Notes under the pieces: model-generated
Databases searched by the model: none
The model's input: the letters and a program-made list of their open reading frames with translations, nothing else
What the model was told of the DNA's origin: nothing
Made by a program: the position numbers and the translations under genes
Shown here: piece by piece, positions 61,226 through 64,000 of the stretch
How positions within the stretch are numbered: the first letter of the stretch is position 1
Layout of the letters: every line of letters begins with the position of its first letter
DNA from: Macrostomum lignano
Lineage: Eukaryota
Length of the DNA: 64,000 bases
Direction of reading: 5' to 3'
Assembly: GCA_002269645.1 (NCBI GenBank)
Contig: NIVC01002037.1
Location: 1 to 64,000, forward strand

Positions 61226-61479
61226 TTTTAGTTATTGTTTATTACAATTTACAGAGGAAGATATGTTTTGGAAACAAATATATATGTTGCGAACATATAG
61301 TTGGATAGAAAGTCGGTAGAATAAGACTTGTTCTTTAGCCCATACCGTTGATCTGCACTTTCAACACAAAAATATTTTTCACTTCTCACAAGTTCCTCGT
61401 TAATTTTGCTGATGTCTTGCATATTTACTGTGGTTAGTTTTTTTAGAATACTTATACTTTTACTTAGTCTTAGACATAT

Positions 61480-61810
61480 AACAGGAATACCCCTGGATAC
61501 AGACTCTGGAATACCCCTAGATACAGACTCATGAATACCCCTAGATACAGACTCTGGAATACCCCTGGATACAGACTCTAGAATACCCCTGGTTACAGAG
61601 TCTGGAATACCCCTAATTACAGAGTCTTGAATACCCCTAATTACAGAGTCTAGAATACTCCTAGTTACAGACTCTGGAATACCCCTGGTTACAGACTCTG
61701 GAATACCCCTGGTTACAGAGTCTGGAATACCCCTAATTACAGACTCTGGAATACCCCTGGTTACAGAGTCTGGAATACCCCTAATTACAGACTCTGGAAT
61801 ACTCCTGGTT
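61480..61810. repeat. 24-bp minisatellite (ctggaatacccctagatacagact)n
   Basis: Period read directly. Confidence 0.9.
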
Positions 61811-62464
61811 ACCCTAGTTAGAGTTTTTTTTAGAGATTTTTAACCTTTGCAAAAACGCAAAATATTTTTAAGTTATTCAGTGTTTAAAAACCAGTTAGAA
61901 ATTTTAACAGTCTTTAGATTTTTGACTAACTCATGGAATAGTTTTTTGCGAGAATATGTTTTACTTCTATTTGCACCAGTTGCCACTCTAAATAGTGTAG
62001 TTGAGATTTGCGTTTAGAAATTTGATATTACTTTTATTCGCAATCAGCTCTAGATTATCGTCTCTATCGATGTCTTACTTTGATATGGATTATTTTCCAC
62101 GTTGTCGCTCAGCTAATTGTAGGAACATGACAAAATATGCGTTATTTTGTTAGTTATTTTTTCCACATTTTGTTTCTATATTTTAGTAGTCTTTGATTCC
62201 TTTTTAAAGGCGTTGTCTTTGAATTTCGCAATTTCGCTAACTTTTATAATATCAATGTGAAGCATTCAATATAGTAGTATCCTTTTAATTACAAGCTATA
62301 GTATTATTTGTTCTGTATTTGTACCGGTACAGAAGTGCGGTGAACCTACATGTACAGTAAAACATTTTTTATGCTTTTTACAGTTAGACCGAGTTTTTAC
62401 GCAAATGTTAGCAGATACAGATAGATACAAGCGTGAATAGTTAAATAGATACATAGTTAGACAT

Positions 62465-62551
62465 AACACACAGACAGAAACACACAGGCAGACAGAAACA
62501 CGCAGACAGGCAGACAGACAGACAGACAGACAGACAGATAGACAGACAGAC

Positions 62552-62630
<79 letters not shown>

Positions 62631-62680
62631 AACAGACACAGACAGGCAGAAAGATAGACAGACAGACAGACAGACAGACT
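62465..62680. repeat. (GACA)n microsatellite
   Basis: Read directly. Confidence 0.9.
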
Positions 62681-62774
62681 GACTCTCCGCTCCGCTCTCC
62701 CGCAGCTCCTGCAGGCCAGCACTCGCTAAGCACAGGAATCCAACAGAAAGCCTCATCAGCAGCCTCAGCCGGCC

Positions 62775-64000
62775 ATGTCCCGCCAAACGATGCCGCCTCC
62801 CACCGGCTCCCTGCCGCTGCTCACCGCCTACGATGATGACGAAGAAGAGGATGAAGAAACTCAAGCGGAGGCTGCAGCAGCAGAATCTCCACAGGCTACT
62901 GCCAGTAGTGATGACAACAATTTCAACGATGATGCAATGGGAGAAGGTGAGGTCGGACCCGAACAGCAGGTGGGAAATTCTCCCTCAGCTGTCATCAAAG
63001 AAGCAGCGGACGAAGACGACGCTCAGATCTGGAGCGGGCCGCAGCCAAAACGGCAGCGCTCCAGCAGCAGCGGCCGCGGAGACGGCGGCGCCGGCGGGAT
63101 GACCTTCGACATCTCCGACGATGAGGGCGGCGGAGCTCACAACGATGACGAAGAAGGCGACAGCAGCCAGGATGCTGATGCTGCTCCTCCACTTTCGGCT
63201 CCATCAGTTAAATCGGATTTGAAAAGTTCTCAAGACCAGCCGCGATTAGCTAAAGTGAGCAGTTTGGTCAACTACGGCTTGGGGCCGAATGAGAGCGACT
63301 CGGAGAAGGAGGAAAATGATGAAGGTGGCAGTGATGCCGATCGGGATGTTTCTGATGATGAGGCTGAGGCGCCAGTCGATGCAGAGGATGCCGAGGTTGC
63401 TAATGACAATCCCGACGCAAAACAGACTGGCTTGTCGACTCCGCCGGAGACTTCCAGTGCAGCCGCTGAAGTCGGAGTTGCCGACAGGAAAATTTCCGAC
63501 AATGTTGACGTTGACGACATGGCCCGAGCCAATGCCAGGGCTAAAGCCGACGAGCTGCTGCTGTCGCTTGACGCTTCTTCCTCATCGTCGGCAACTCCGC
63601 TCGTGCAGTCCTCGCCGCTGAGTCTGCCTCCGCCGCCGAAGGAGCCGCCAAATCGTGAGGTGCAGGAGAAGGTGAACAAGCTGCTGCAGATGAAGCGTCA
63701 GGGCGTCGGTATCAGCATGATGAACCGCATCACAAACAATAAGAAGTATAGAAATCCGTGCATGTACGAGAAGTTTATTATCTACCAGGGTATTGACGAT
63801 AAAGGCACCAACTTCAATCCCAGCGTGTTCGATCCCTACATCTGGGACAAGCACAGCTATTACGATGCGCTGCTTCAAGCGCAGGTGGAAGCGGAATCCA
63901 AGCGGGTACGGGCGACAGGCAATCGGGATCAGCAGCAGCAGCAGCAGCAGCAGCCTCCGCCATTGATGCAGATGGCTTCTAGGCGGCCCGCAGCTGCCGC
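62775..64000 (+). CDS. SAP30BP: SAP30-binding protein / HCNGP family, truncated by window end
   Basis: ATG 62775, [14 protein letters not shown], long acidic region, then LPPPPKEPP...[39 protein letters not shown], the HCNGP domain. Confidence 0.9.
   Translation, partial: MSRQTMPPPTGSLPLLTAYDDDEEEDEETQAEAAAAESPQATASSDDNNFNDDAMGEGEVGPEQQVGNSPSAVIKEAADEDDAQIWSGPQPKRQRSSSSGRGDGGAGGMTFDISDDEGGGAHNDDEEGDSSQDADAAPPLSAPSVKSDLKSSQDQPRLAKVSSLVNYGLGPNESDSEKEENDEGGSDADRDVSDDEAEAPVDAEDAEVANDNPDAKQTGLSTPPETSSAAAEVGVADRKISDNVDVDDMARANARAKADELLLSLDASSSSSATPLVQSSPLSLPPPPKEPPNREVQEKVNKLLQMKRQGVGISMMNRITNNKKYRNPCMYEKFIIYQGIDDKGTNFNPSVFDPYIWDKHSYYDALLQAQVEAESKRVRATGNRDQQQQQQQQPPPLMQMASRRPAAA

Overview
Eukaryotic (metazoan) genomic DNA, very rich in minisatellites and transposon debris. 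No prokaryotic features, rRNA or CRISPR are present. Gene style suggests a flatworm such as Macrostomum, but that is inference only. The main feature is a cluster of Toll-like receptor-like genes. Two tandem 4-exon paralogs (A 4794-10043, B 16320-21808, + strand) encode signal peptide, Cys-rich N-terminal region, LRRs, internal Cys cluster, LRRs, LRRCT, TM and two divergent TIR-like domains. An inverted 3' fragment (C) lies at ~36128-37298. The ectodomains of A and B are strongly diverged, while the TIR-coding blocks are ~98-99% identical at DNA level, including intron sequence. Copy A has a single CGA->TGA stop immediately before the TM helix, so it may be a secreted decoy, a pseudogene or a readthrough gene. 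Other genes: a 3-exon Zic/odd-paired gene (-), thiamine pyrophosphokinase (+, first visible exon lacks an ATG), SAP30BP/HCNGP (+, runs off the window), and two or three uncharacterised low-complexity genes. Mobile DNA: a full-length mariner with two nonsense codons, an RNase H-bearing non-LTR fragment, a P/THAP-like fragment, a Penelope-like remnant with a hammerhead-like motif, several MITEs, Helitron-type 3' ends and tRNA-derived SINE-like copies. Exon junctions were called by eye from GT/AG signals and phase consistency; no database search was possible.
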